A stretch of DNA of 63,602 nucleotides, counting the filler, from Chiloscyllium plagiosum (taxonomy: Eukaryota): the NCBI RefSeq assembly GCF_004010195.1. It is 6 parts of 2 records of this genome, joined end to end, with 100 filler letters (N's around TTAATTAATTAA, not from the genome) between each part and the next. Parts side by side here need not be neighbours in the genome. Positions count along the whole stretch, not along the records: positions 49,566 to 58,754 come from NC_057716.1; positions 58,855 to 62,265 come from NC_057716.1; positions 62,366 to 63,602 come from NC_057717.1; 3 more parts are not named here. One strand, written 5' to 3'. Both the position numbers and the translations under genes were made by a program. Below are positions 51,430 through 63,602 of this stretch, piece by piece. Each line of letters opens with the position of its first letter. The first letter of the stretch is position 1. Under the pieces are notes generated by a model. The model worked only from the letters and a program-made list of their open reading frames with translations, had not been told where the DNA came from and did no database searches.

Positions 51430-54239
51430 GTAATACTGGGGAAAATGTGAATAAAAGTGATGAGCTTAGCGCTATGATGTTGTGGCCAGAACAGAGACAT
51501 GGGTTTCTCAGGGGCATGAATGGTTGCTGGATGTTCCAGGGATTAGAAATTTTGAAAATAATAGGGAGGAGGTAAAAAGGGGAGGGCATGTAGCACTGCT
51601 CGTCAGAGGGGGTATCACAGCTACAGAAGTTACCATTATCGAGGAGGATCCGCTACTGAGTCAGCATGTGTGGAAATTAGGAACATTAAAGCAGCAATCA
51701 CCTCATTAGCGGTTAATTACAGGTCCCCCAATAGAAGCAGGGAGATTGAAGAAAGCATAAATTGGCAGATTTTGGAAAAGTGTGAATGGAATAGGGAAGT
51801 TGTAATGAGTGACTAACTTTCCCAATATTGATTGGAACCTTCTTCCAGCAGATGGTTTGGAAGGAGCTGTTTTTTAAAGGTGTGTTCAGGAGGGTTTCCT
51901 AACTCAGTACGTCGACAGGTCGACGAGGGGAGAGGACATTTTGGATTTGGTGCTCGGCAATGAGCTGGGGCAGGTGTCAGATCTTGTGATGGGAGAGAAT
52001 TTTGGTGATAGTGACCACAACTGCCTCACATTCTATTTAATTATGGAGAAGGAGAGAATCAAGCACAATGGGAGGATATTTAGTTGGGGAAAAGGAAACT
52101 ATTATACTATCAGACTGCGTTGCGAAGCATGGTCCGGGAGCAATTGTTCCATGGAAAGGACACTATAGACAAGTGGAGACGGTTTAAGGAACAGGTGTTG
52201 CGAGTGATGCATAAATGTGTTCCTCTGAGACAGGCAAGGAGGAGTAAAATAAAGGAACCTTGGAAGACGAGAGTGGTGGAACTTCTCGTCAAAAGAAAGA
52301 AGGCAGCTTACGTAAGGCGGAGGAAGCATGGGTCTTGCTCAGCTCTCGACGATTACAGGCAGGCGAGGAAGGAGCTCAAGAATGGTCTGAGGAGAGCCAG
52401 GAGAGGGCAGGAATAAGGCTTGGCAGGAAGGATTGTGGAGAATCTAAAGGCATTTTGCACCTATGTGATGAATAAGAGAATGATCAAATAAAGAGTAGAG
52501 CCGATCAGGGATAGCATAGGGAACTTGTGTATGGAGTCTGAGGAGGTGAGTTTTTTGCTTCTGTCTTTACGAAAGAAAAGGACTTTGTAGTGAATGAAAC
52601 CATTGAGGAGCAGGTAAGCATGCTGCAACAGCTAGATTGAGAAAGCTGATTGTTGACAATTTTGACAAACATTAATATTAACAAGTCGCCAGGGCCAGAC
52701 CAGATTTGTCCTCGGCTGCTTTGGGAAGCGAGAAATGTGATTGCTTCGCCACTTGCGAAGATCTTTGCAACCTCACTCTCCACCAGCGTCGGACCTGAGG
52801 ACTGGAGGGAGACAAATGTAATTCCTCTCTTCAAGAAAGGAAATAGGGAAATCCCTGGAAATTAGACCAGTCAGTCTCACGTCTGTCATCTTCAAGATGT
52901 TAGAAAGGATTCTGAGGGATAGGATTTATGACCATCTGTAAGAGCATGGCTTGATTAAAGGCAGTCAGCACGGCTTTGTGAGGGGTAGGTCATGCCTCAC
53001 AAATCTTATTGTGTTCTTTGAGGATATTACTGGACAAGTTGATGAGGATCGAGCGGTGGATGTTGTGTATCTGGACTTCAGTAGGCATTTGATAAGATTC
53101 CCCATGGTAGGCCCGTTCAAAAGGTCAGGAGGAATGGGATAAAGGAAAGTTTAGCTGTCTGGATACAGAATTGGCTGGTCGACAGAAGACAGCGAGTAGT
53201 AGTGGAAGGAAAATATTCTGCCTGGAGGTCAGTGGTGAGTGGTGTTCCACAGGGCTCTGTTTTTGGGCCTATCTCTTTGTAATTTTTTATTACTGACTTG
53301 GATGAGGAGATTGAATAATGGTTTAGCAAGTTTTCAGACGACACAAAGGTTGGAGGTGTCGTTGACAGTATACAGGCCTGTTGTAGGCTGCAGCGTGACA
53401 TTGCCAGGATGCAGAGATGGGCTGAAAGTTGGTAGATGGAATTCAAACTGTATAAATGTGAGGTGATGAATTTTGGAAGGTCGAACTTGAAAGTTGAGTA
53501 CAGGATTAAAGGCAGGATTCTTGGCAGTATGGAGGTACAGCGGGATCTTGGTGTGCAGGTACATATATCCCTTAAAATTTCCACCCAGGTGGACAGGGCT
53601 GCTAAGAAAGCATATGGTGCTTTGGCTTTCATTAACAGGGGGATTGAGTTTAAGAACCATGAGATCTTGTTGCAGCTCTATAAAACTTTGGTCAGACCTC
53701 ACGTGGAATACTGTGTCCACTTCTGGTAGCCCTATTGTAGGAAAGATGTGGATGCTTTGGAGAGGGTTCAGATGAGGTTTACCAGGATGTTGCCTGGAAT
53801 GGAGGGCTTATCTTACGAAGAGAGGTTGACTGAGCTCGGACTTTTTTCGTTGGAAAAAAGAAGGAAGAGAGGGGACCTAATTGAAGTGTACAAGATAATG
53901 AGAGGCATAGATAGAGTTGATAGCCAGAAACCTTTTCTCCAGGGTAGAAATTGTCAACATGAGGGGTCATAGTTTTAGGCTATTTGGCGGAAAGTATAGA
54001 GCGGATGTCAGAGGCGGGTTCTTTAAGCAGAGAGTTGTGAGAGCATGGAATGCGTTGCAAGCAGCAGTTGTGGAAGCGAGGTTATTGGGGATATTTAAGA
54101 GACTGCTGGACATGCATATGGTCACAGTCATTTGAGAGTTCATACATTAGGTGTACCTCACGTGAGGATCAATGGTCGGCACAACATCGTGGGCTGAAGG
54201 GCCTGTTCTGTGCTGTACTGTTCTATGTTCTATGTTCTA
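51430..54239 (+). mobile_element. Near-complete CR1 ORF2 (APE endonuclease plus RT) with 3' tail, disrupted
   Basis: TETW, GDSDHN, KSPGPDQI, QHGFVRGRSCLTNL, FSDDTKVGG, LVRPHVEYCV; multiple stops and frameshifts; (TTCTATG)n tail. Confidence 0.92.
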
Positions 54240-55907
54240 AACAGTAAACAGTGACAAAAAACCACAGATGAGTCAGGATCTGGAGGTAGATACAGAGGCA
54301 GCATATTGAGTCTGATATGATCGTCTTCTGAAAATCTCATATTGGACTCAAAAAGTTAATTGTGTTTCTCTATGCTCAGAACCTGCAAATGTTTTCCTAC
54401 ACTTTCAACTTAGTTACTCTTTTGGACAGTGGATATTTGTCTGTTCTGAAAGGGAATAGTGAAGCTGCCATTTCTGTTGTCGCTCAAGAGTTTTTTAATG
54501 GTTTTTGAATGAAAAATGAAAGAAATGTGCCTGACAGCTCCCCAAATACAGATAATTTATTGCCACTGTCATAATGCATTCTGAAAATCTTGAACTCAGT
54601 GGTCATGATCAAACCTCTGAAAGTAACTGATTGAAGTACTGATCCCAATTGTTATCAATGTCTTAACATGCTCCTGATGTCACTGGCATCGTACTCATCC
54701 AGCAAGGTCTTACCTTTCCGAGAGTTTACATACAACGATGAAAACATAAAATATATTTGTGTTTTTAACAGGACATATTCATCCAGGGTTTTGGAAGCAC
54801 TAGCAAGGGCAGAGTTTATTTGTCATCCCCAATGACTCTGGAATAAGCGACACAGAGTTGCCCTGTTTTACTCCTCAAGCCAATGTGATGCAGATCCAGA
54901 CAGAGCTGTTTGTAGGGGCATTCCAAGATTTTAAACAAATACTTGTGAAGGAACAGGAAAATTAGTCCCTAGTCAGGATGCCATGCAGTTTTGAAGATGC
55001 CTTGCAGAGACTGATTTTTCTATTGCTCCCATTTCCAGTGCAGAATGTTCTCTAATTCCCATTAAGAACAGTTTTGCTCAGGGTCCTAGATTCCACCCTC
55101 AGTAGTGTCCTGCTTCGATTGAAAGGGAAGTCATTCTGATCTCACCTCAAATTAGATCAGAAGATCAGTTGAAAGAATAAGGAGCAAAAGACAAGAACAC
55201 TGTTTGTTTGAACAATGTCCTCGCAATATTCAAAAGAAAATTGATGCATGGTCTTCCTTAATGCATTATTTCAACATGACATATCGTTTTAAACAATATT
55301 CAGAATGGTGGGTATTTGTTATTTTAATTTGCTTCCAATTTAATGTAGAAATTAGAACTTGAATTGATGTTGTATAGTGTGTTTATAATCCAGAATTTAA
55401 TTCAATCTTTATCATCATTGCTCTAGCTCTTTCAAACAAAATCAATGAATGAGTCTGTAACCATCCTGAAGATTAAAAAGTTCTTTTATCACTGACTATT
55501 GCAGTGAATGTCGTAAACAATAAGCTGCAGGCCCACGTAAAATGGAAATATTGCAGGGCAAGGTGCCAAACGTTAGTCAAAGGTTAATGATGTCCAAGCC
55601 ATATGAATAATGCATATTTAGGGGCGGAGTATAAAAGCAGAATTCAGCTCCATATCCAAAATAATATTTGTGACTCCCTCAGAAAAGACCACAGCTGATT
55701 CATGCTGTAAATTCACCAAAATAGAAAAAAACAAGAGACTGGAATTCCCAATTCTGCAACAACATCTGTCGAACAGTAAGAAAATCAAGGTTTGTTTCTG
55801 AAATTCTTAAATGTTGATGATAAGAATGTGGGAGATGGAGGGGACGTTGGATGATGATGAACCATGTTGTAGATGACACAATGATTAGCCGGGTAGGTCA
55901 CAGTGAT

Positions 55908-56468
55908 CATAGAACATAGAACATAGAACAATACAGCACAGAACAGGCCCTTCGGCCCACGATGTTGTGCCGAACATTTGTCCTAGCTTAAGCACCCATC
56001 CATGTACCTATCCAATTGCCGCTTAAAGGTCACCAAAGATTCTGACTCTACCACTCCCACAGGCAGCGCATTCCATGCCCCCACCACTCTCTGGGTAAAG
56101 AACCCACCCCTGACATCTCCCCTATACCTTCCACCCATCACCTTAAATTTATGTCCCCTTGTAACACTCTGTTGTACCCGGGGGAAAATTTTCTGAATGT
56201 CTACTCTATCTATTCCTCTGATCATCTTATAAACCTCTATCAAGTCACCCCTCATCCTTCGCCGTTCCAACGAGAAAAGGCGTAGCACTCTCAACCTATC
56301 CTCGTACGACCTATTCTCCATTCCAGGCAACATCCTGGCAAATCTTCCCTGCACCCTCTCCAAAGCTTCCACATCTTTCCTAAAGTGAGGCGACCAGAAC
56401 TGCACACAGTACTCCAAATGTTGTCTAACCAAAGTCCTGTACAGTTGCAACATCACTTCACGACTCTT
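55908..56468 (-). mobile_element. Young 5'-truncated CR1
   Basis: Uninterrupted C-terminal ORF2 frame (LYRTLVRQHLEYCVQFWSP...) and a clean (CATAGAA)n tail. Confidence 0.92.
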
Positions 56469-58854
56469 GCGTGTACGCAAGATTTATAAAGACCTTCCTG
56501 GGTCTGTCCTGTCCTGACCCCGCCCACACATGCTTCTTTTGTTTAATTTTATAAACAACACCCAGGGATAGCTCCAGGCTGTTCACTAACTGCCTGCCTG
56601 AAGTAGAATCCCAGCACTGCCATGGCAACACCTCTTTGCAAGGGATACAGGACAGAACACATCTCTCTTAAAGGCACAGTACCATCACAAAGGTCGCTCA
56701 GCATTGCTATTACCCAAAGGGAAGCTAACAGTCAATTATATTTTTGGGGGCTGGAGTCTCATGTAGGCCAGACAGGTAAGGATTATAGATTCCATTCCTG
56801 AAAGGACACTAGTGAACCAGGTGAGTTTTTATGACAATCTGCAGTGGTTACATTGTCACCCATTAGACTAGCTTTTAATTCACTTTAAGTGAATTTCTTT
56901 GTTAGTGAATTCAAATGTCATCATCTGCCATGGCAGGATTTGGATCCATGTCCCTAGACATTAATAAAAATTACAAACAGATAAAAATTTACAAACAGAA
57001 TGTGTTGTTTACAAGAGGATACAAACGGATTGTCAGATGGTCAGATCAATGACTGATAAACGGTAACTCTGAAATATGTGAGATGCTGCGCTTTGGAAGA
57101 TGTAACAAAACAAGAGAGAAGTCAAACCATGAAGATCCGTTGCATTTGCTTTTGGAGCAGAGAAGAGTGAGGGGTGAACCTGACAGAAGTGTATTACAGC
57201 ATGAGAGATATGGGACGACTGAACAGATAACAACTATCCCCCTTAGCTAAAGGGTCAAAAACAAGAGGAAATACGTTTGAAGTGAAAGAGAAGATACTAA
57301 GAGAGGATTGGTGAAATCTGTGTATTGCCTGGGAGGATGGTTCAGGAAGGTAACCTCATAAACATTATAAAGCACTTGTATCAGCACTGGGTGGTGCAGA
57401 CTCGTTGGGCTTTGTCTTTATTACATGATTCCATGTAGTGGCAGCCATGAAAGCTTTGGTATATTCTGAAGCAGCAGCCAATTGGACTTGTTGGTTTGTT
57501 AAATCGAACTGTGCTCAGTAAGTGGCGAGATTACAAACAAGCATCAACCCATTAAGTATGAGCATTTGCTCAACCTAGGTCAGCCCAGCCATCTCTGAAA
57601 TCATCCAGGATAATTCACATGCTCAGTGCAAGAATCGTCCAACAACAGCATCAACATTATTCCAGCTGTTTGTCACCATTATTTTAAGTTCACCAATAAC
57701 ATAGAAACAGACTTCGTTTCATTATTATATACGCTTCTCGTGTAAGGTTGTTATTTCTCTGAAGACTAATAAATTCCTTCCCATATACTTGTATTGACAA
57801 AGAGTCTGTTATCCTGTGAGCTGTTCCTCACAGCGCGGTGGCTGGTTTAACACTCCATCCATCACCAGTAATATTTACTCCCAGTTAAACCGGCACATGA
57901 GATGCACTGTTGGTACTCTCTCTCAAATGCCACTTGGATGGACCAACGTCAACTGGACTGGAACTTCTCAAGGGCAATTAATGCTGGTCTAGCTCCATTA
58001 AAATCCCAAATGAACTAATAAAACAATCTGATTTTCTAATAATTATTAAACAATGAGGACACTTTATTGATCAGATGAGCTTGTCACTGTCTTTGAAATG
58101 TAGAAACTAGCATCAGGAGTAAGGAATCAAAGCACCTCCGTCATTAGATAAGGTCGTGGATGATCTGATTGTGACCTCAATCACATATTCCTCCTTTGCT
58201 CTTACAATGTTAGTGCGTCATTCTTAGTCAATAGTCTGCCTGCCTCTGCTTTAGGAATATTCAATGTCTTATTCTCCAACGCTATCTGGGAAGAGAATTC
58301 CACAAAGACACAACACAATGAGATGATTACACCAAATCACCAACTTCGTAACAGAGACATTCTTCAGTTTTATAATCCATCCAATCATGTTAATCTATCA
58401 TACAAGCTGAAACATTGTTTCAGAATTCAACTTGAAAGACTACTTGGAATATTCTGGGGTTAAACAAGATCACATGTCGTTCGCCTAAAGCCCAGCAGAT
58501 CCAAGGCCAGCCAATTCAAGATTTCCTCCACAAATAAACGCTCCTCCCAGGAGTCAGCTGAGTGAATCTTCTACGGATTGCATTTCATATCATTGTGGCC
58601 ATCGCTCTCTCGATGTGCTAACACCATTACCTTGTAGATCTGTAGAAAATCGCCACTACTTTTAAATATATTCTGTTTCAGAAAGTTTCAACATTTATCT
58701 TAGCTACCTAAACGTTTGATGTACACGTAAAGTTTTTATTTTGTAACCCAGGTGNNNNNNNNNNNNNNNNNNNNNNNNNNNNNNNNNNNNNNNNNNNNTT
58801 AATTAATTAANNNNNNNNNNNNNNNNNNNNNNNNNNNNNNNNNNNNNNNNNNNN

Positions 58855-59030
58855 AATTACCCCCTACCATATCGCCTTCCCGCCTGCCTTCTCCCCAGCC
58901 CCACCCCCTCAATTATCTCTCAGCCCCCTTCCCCCTGTACACTCCTAATGAAGAGCTCACGCCCAAACCATCGACTCTCCTGCTCCTTGGATACTGCCTG
59001 ACCTGCTGTGCTTTTCCAGTGCCACCCTAT
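58855..59030 (+). mobile_element. Penelope terminal-repeat fragment
   Basis: Similar to 36960-37130; hammerhead core degenerate. Confidence 0.7.
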
Positions 59031-59039
59031 GAAACAGGA

Positions 59040-59902
59040 AGCAGACAAGAAATCAAAATTTGTAATTTTACTAGAGGACATACGTTAATGTTAGTGTAGA
59101 TGGTCAGTGAAACTTTAAAGGCAAGGTTTAGTGGACCTTATCAAATCCAAAGGAGATGGAGTGAGTGATGTGAAACTTTTAGTAAGAAAACTAGATAGAA
59201 GTAAATCCCACAGAATGTAACATGTGAATATGCTCAAAACGTATTTTGATAGGGATGGAAAGCAAAATGAGAATGGGTTATCATTATAACACAGAGTTAA
59301 AAACCAAGTTCAGAGGACTCTGAATTCGACATTCCTCAAATTAAATTGGACCATGCGGAAGTTCTCAAAAATTGGGATAAACTATTGAGTTACCTTCCAG
59401 AGGAAAATCAAAATGAACTGAAAGGGGAGATAGGTGAGAAGAAGCGGGGAAGTACTAGCATGATTCCACATGATGTAGAGATAAGAAATGCTGTCCCAAT
59501 CAAGCAACATCCTTAAAGACTTAACCCTCTAGAATTGGTCTAGGTTAAAATTGAATGCATGCAATAAGACAACATAATAGAAGTGAGTTGCAGCAAATGG
59601 AGCTCGCCTATAGTAATGGTGCCAAAATGAGATGGCACCCAATGATAATGTGTCGACTATCACAAAGTCAACTCATATCCTATTCCACATATGGAAGATT
59701 GTTTTGAGAAGGTAGGACAAGCAATTTACATTTCAAATTTGGACTTAATCAGAAGATATTGGCAGGTACCTTTACCTGAAAGAGTGAAGGCAATTTCAGC
59801 TTTCGTGACACCGAATGGGCTGTACCAATTTAAAGTCATGCCATTTGGTATGAAAAAAGATGCACGAGCTGCATTTTAAAGACTAATCAATAAAGTCATT
59901 TT
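59040..59902 (+). mobile_element. Gmr1-like Gypsy relic (integrase C-terminus then RT)
   Basis: LKARFSGPYQI...HVNMLKTYFDR precedes PIKQHP..WSSPIVMVP..CVDY..EDCFEKVGQA..DL..YWQVPL..AFVTPNGLYQFKVMPFGM. Confidence 0.88.
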
Positions 59903-62265
59903 GGGGGCTTCCAAGATAGCGGCGTTCTGAGTAGTCCTGCCTTGCTGAGCTCTGCACCCTAGCCCAACAATACTGATATTTTTACACCCATCCCCCAGCC
60001 TTACCTTTTCTCGGAGAAAATTGATGTTAAACAGTTGTAAAACCATTTAAATCCATTTGGTTGGAGCTTTGATTGTCTGAGCGAGATAGGCAGGGAGTTC
60101 AGGAAGCTGGAAAAAAGTGGTAATCCATGAGTACCGATTGTCTGAGTGTCTCTCGATTATTCGGCAATTCATGTCATAATGCCAGTTAGCCAATAGCAGA
60201 TTGGGTGCCGATTATCAAACATCCCTTGATTATCCAGCAACGCACGCCATAATGCCCTTTAACTGATAGCTGAATGCTGGGTTGCCTGGTGCCGTTTCTG
60301 TAGGGTCTCGGGATCTTGTTCAGACGGTCCGGGATTTGGATGGTTGATGTTAGGATTGGCGAGGTTCTACAGTAAATCCTTTTTGAGCGAGTGAGGATGA
60401 CGGAAGGAAAGCATACAGCCAAGCCCCACGATGCTCAAAAACGGCACAGTGTGCTACAAGTCAACGTCTTCCCCTCAGCAGGTCAAAGGTGGTTGTAAAG
60501 GATCATGGCTAGCAGTGTTCTTAAATGGTGCACCTGGAGTATTAGAGAGATTCATAGAGGAAAAGGGTGTTGTCGAGCCTTCGAAAGGAGAGGGTGGATG
60601 TACCCTGTTACAGGAGACTTACCTTAGTGACGAAGAACACTTGAAGTTACAGCAAATGGGTTTGATCGGGTATTTTTCTCGTCCTTTAACACTAAGAGCA
60701 GGGGGTCAGGCCATACTCATCCTGAGGTATCTTCCATTTAATTTAATAGATTGTGTTAAAGATTAGTATGGTTGGTTTGTCATCCTTAAGGCCCTAATAC
60801 ATGATGAGGAATATGGTATTTTGAACGTCTATTGTCCATCTGCCTAAACCCTTAAATCTTTGACTGGTGCACTATCTAAGCTGATGGCATTTGCATCGTG
60901 GCATATTATTATGGGAGGGTGGGTGGGGGAGGACATTAATTGCCTTATGGATCCTGTGCTGGATAGAATGCCCAAAGGCCCCCCAAAGCTTTCTCCTCAA
61001 TCTAAACAGTTAGGTGATCTATGTGTGGAAGTGGGTGGGTAGATATTTGGAGATGTCTCCACCCGACAGGCAGGGACTTTATGTTGTTCACCAGTCCTCA
61101 TAAGTGCCATACGAGGATTGATTTTATCCTAACTCCTGCAGTTCTTCTAGATTTGGTGGTATCTTGTTCAATTGGGAATACTGCCAGCTCTGATCACGGT
61201 GCAGTATACTTAGTGGTCGAGATTAAGCGTAATACAATCAGCTCTCGGTACTGGTGAATGGATCCCTTTATCCTCAAGGACAGCAAGGTCATTAAGTACT
61301 CCTCTAGGGAAAATTTGAAGCATTTTGGCCACCAACTTGCGTACAGCTAGTAATCCATCCATTCTTTGGGAGACTGTTAAGGCCTATGCTAGAGGGATAA
61401 TTATCTCACACATGGCCAGCCAGCAGCGACAGAAGGGAGAGCAGCAGCATCAGCTTGAGGCACGACTGAAGGCAGCTGAGGTGGCATATTACAGTAAACC
61501 GTCAGTGACTAAGCTGCATCGGATCACACCTTTCGATCCACCTTAAACTCCATACAGCCAGGAAGGAACTTTCTTTTGCAAAGCAAAGGTTGTTTGAGCA
61601 CGGTGATAGGCTGGGTAAATAATTGGCATATTTGGTCAAGAAGGAGAATGTCTCCCAGTCAATTAGGGAAGGGAATGGGACTCTTACTTGTAATGTTAAA
61701 ATGATTAATGCGGTGTTTTGGAAGTTCTATTCTGTATCAGTCTGAATGTTGTGAGAATAGACAGGATAAAATGGAGTCTTTTTTTTGGGATGTTGGATCT
61801 TCCGGGGGTGTCGGCTGAGCAGGCATCTCTCCTTAGTGCTCCATTAATAGAGCAAGAGATACAGGAGGCGGTGAGGCGGTGTCGGAAGGTGCCCGGCTAT
61901 GATGGTTTTCCCAGTGAGTTTTATAAAGAATTTGTAAACATACTGTTGGACACATGTAACTATTCATATAGTCAGGATTGCCTCCCACCATCTTTGAGAG
62001 AGGCTAATATCTGTCTCATCCTCAAGAAAGGGAAGGTCCCGGAGGACTGTGCTTCTTATACACCTACCTCGCTCTTAAATTCTGATTATTCAAGTTTGTC
62101 TAAGACTTTGGCATTGAGATTGGAAGGGGTGTTGTCCTCTATTGTTAAAGAAGATCAGACAGGCTTTATAAAGGGTCGCAGATCATTTAATAACGTTAGG
62201 GGGTTGCTTAACACGATTCAAGTGTGCCAGCAGCGATCGGTTCAAGGGTTGATGGTCTCTTTGGA
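59903..62265 (+). mobile_element. L1-clade LINE: 5' end plus ORF2 (endonuclease and RT), disrupted, cut by a gap
   Basis: 5' GGGGGCTTCCAAGATAGCGGCG; LLQETYL, TRIDFIL, SDHGAV, PGYDGFPSEFYKEF, LLNSDY, DQTGFIKGR. Confidence 0.88.
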
Positions 62266-62367
62266 NNNNNNNNNNNNNNNNNNNNNNNNNNNNNNNNNNN
62301 NNNNNNNNNTTAATTAATTAANNNNNNNNNNNNNNNNNNNNNNNNNNNNNNNNNNNNNNNNNNNNTG

Positions 62368-62628
62368 GATGATATTGGGTATACCCCTGTGTATCTGCAT
62401 GCCTTTGTGCAGGAAATGGGCTTCATTAAACAGCTCCTGAGTTGCTGCACAAACACCGCGATTTATGCCGTGACCCAGACTAAGTTCAGGCAGCAGCTGA
62501 AGAATGTGCTGAAATATCCCTTCACCCAAATCCATCTATCAATCAAATTACCTCATTCATCAATCCATCCGGGATTTTCTCATTTCAGTTCAGTGTTCCA
62601 GCGATGGAGCAGCCTGACGCGATGGTAA
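62368..62628 (+). CDS. 3' end of terminal exon of GPR139-like GPCR (ECL3, TM7, helix 8, tail); 5' part in gap
   Basis: GYTPVYLHAFVQEMGFIKQLLSCCTNTAIYAVTQTKFRQQLKNVLKYPF: NxxIY (NPxxY equivalent) and KFR helix 8. AATAAA at 62756-62761. Confidence 0.8.
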   Translation, partial: DDIGYTPVYLHAFVQEMGFIKQLLSCCTNTAIYAVTQTKFRQQLKNVLKYPFTQIHLSIKLPHSSIHPGFSHFSSVFQRWSSLTRW

Positions 62629-62929
62629 CAGACTGAGGGTAGCGCTGGTTTGTCCTTCTTTATCCCACAGAGGTGTGACAGGGACGCGTTTCAATATTTC
62701 TCACAACTCAAAGGCACCATCCCACTGACTGTATCCATCACTTCCATTTATAAACAATAAAAACGTTCATTAAAGCGTGCCGAGCAGCAGCGTGAACGAT
62801 GTTGTTGGGTGTCTTTCTGTTGGAGAAGCTGAGCTGGAGAGAGACAGACTTAGCCCCAAGTCCTGGGCCTCAGGAAAGGGGACGGGACAGCGCCCTGAGT
62901 TCAGGAGCTGGGTTTTGCGCCATCTCTCG

Positions 62930-63602
62930 TCCTCTCTCCATCCTGGCCTCCCCACTTCCTCTTCCCTACTCTTTCTCCTCAATTCTCTCCCTCTATCTCA
63001 CAACCTCTCCCTTTCACACTCCCTCGTCCCCCCTCACACACACCCCCAAACCCTGGTTTCTCCACCTGTCTCCACTCTTCCCTTCCCCTCACCCTCACTG
63101 TCGTGCCATCTATGTCTCACTCCCGCAGTTTCATCTCTACCACATTCTCCCCTCCTCCCACCTCCCACATCTCACCATCCCCCACACGCAGCCTCACCAT
63201 CAACCCCTCGCTCCGCCCGCAAACACCATCACCCCCCAGTCTCTGGGTCAGAGGGAGAGGGAAGGAGCAGGGAGACAGGGTGAGTCAGAGAGTGAGGGAG
63301 GAACGGAAAAGAGGGAGAGAGATTCAGTCAGAGAGAAACAGAGGGAGGTGGGGAAAGAGAGACACCAAGGGAGGGGGATCGAGAGAGTGAAGGTGGAGAG
63401 ACAGTGAAGGAGCAGGGAGAGTGAGAGGACCAAGAGAGAGATAGGGTGAGGGAGAGAGAGAGAGAGAGAGAGAGACGGGGAGGAGATAATGAGAGAGAGT
63501 GGGCAAGAGAAAGATTGAGACAGAGAGGGGCGAGGGAAGGGGCAAGAAAGAGAAAGAGATGGAGTGAGAGACAGAGAGAGAGAGAGAGAGAGACGTAGAG
63601 AG
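62930..63602. repeat. C/T-rich tract followed by (GA)-rich tract
   Basis: Direct reading; composition switches near 63245. Confidence 0.9.

Noticed and set aside
54700..54725. Minus-strand donor (AAAG|GTAAGA) as the missing exon of the inverted unit
   Set aside because: Adjacent sequence does not encode GVP, TM1 or the DWNV repeat.
55983..56480. 165-aa intact ORF as a host gene
   Set aside because: It is the C-terminus of CR1 ORF2 from a recent truncated insertion.
62777..63407. 168-aa and 202-aa ORFs
   Set aside because: Low-complexity CT/GA tracts that lack stop codons.

Overview
Repeat-rich, non-microbial vertebrate DNA, almost certainly a cartilaginous fish and probably a carpet/bamboo-type shark, judged from HE1 SINEs, shark-type CR1 LINEs with (TTCTATG)n tails and Penelope-like elements. 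The only host-gene signal is a tandem locus of rhodopsin-class GPCRs resembling the shark-expanded GPR139/142-like family. Three paralogous first coding exons (about 7.85, 27.9 and 38.6 kb, + strand) each have a related upstream block and end at the same phase-1 position inside TM1. They encode N-termini with a 14-aa repeat whose copy number differs. Only one terminal-exon fragment (TM7/helix 8, about 62.4 kb) is visible. The rest is mostly decayed transposons: the 5' end of a class I ERV (LTR, Pro PBS, splice donor, gag start), a Harbinger Myb relic, many CR1s, Penelope elements with hammerhead motifs, Gmr1-type Gypsy relics (integrase before RT), an L1, solo LTRs and SINEs. There are also two tRNA pseudogenes. 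Five 100-nt gaps carry an artificial TTAATTAATTAA linker, so order and distance across them are uncertain. All calls come from visual reading and recall; no database searches were run.
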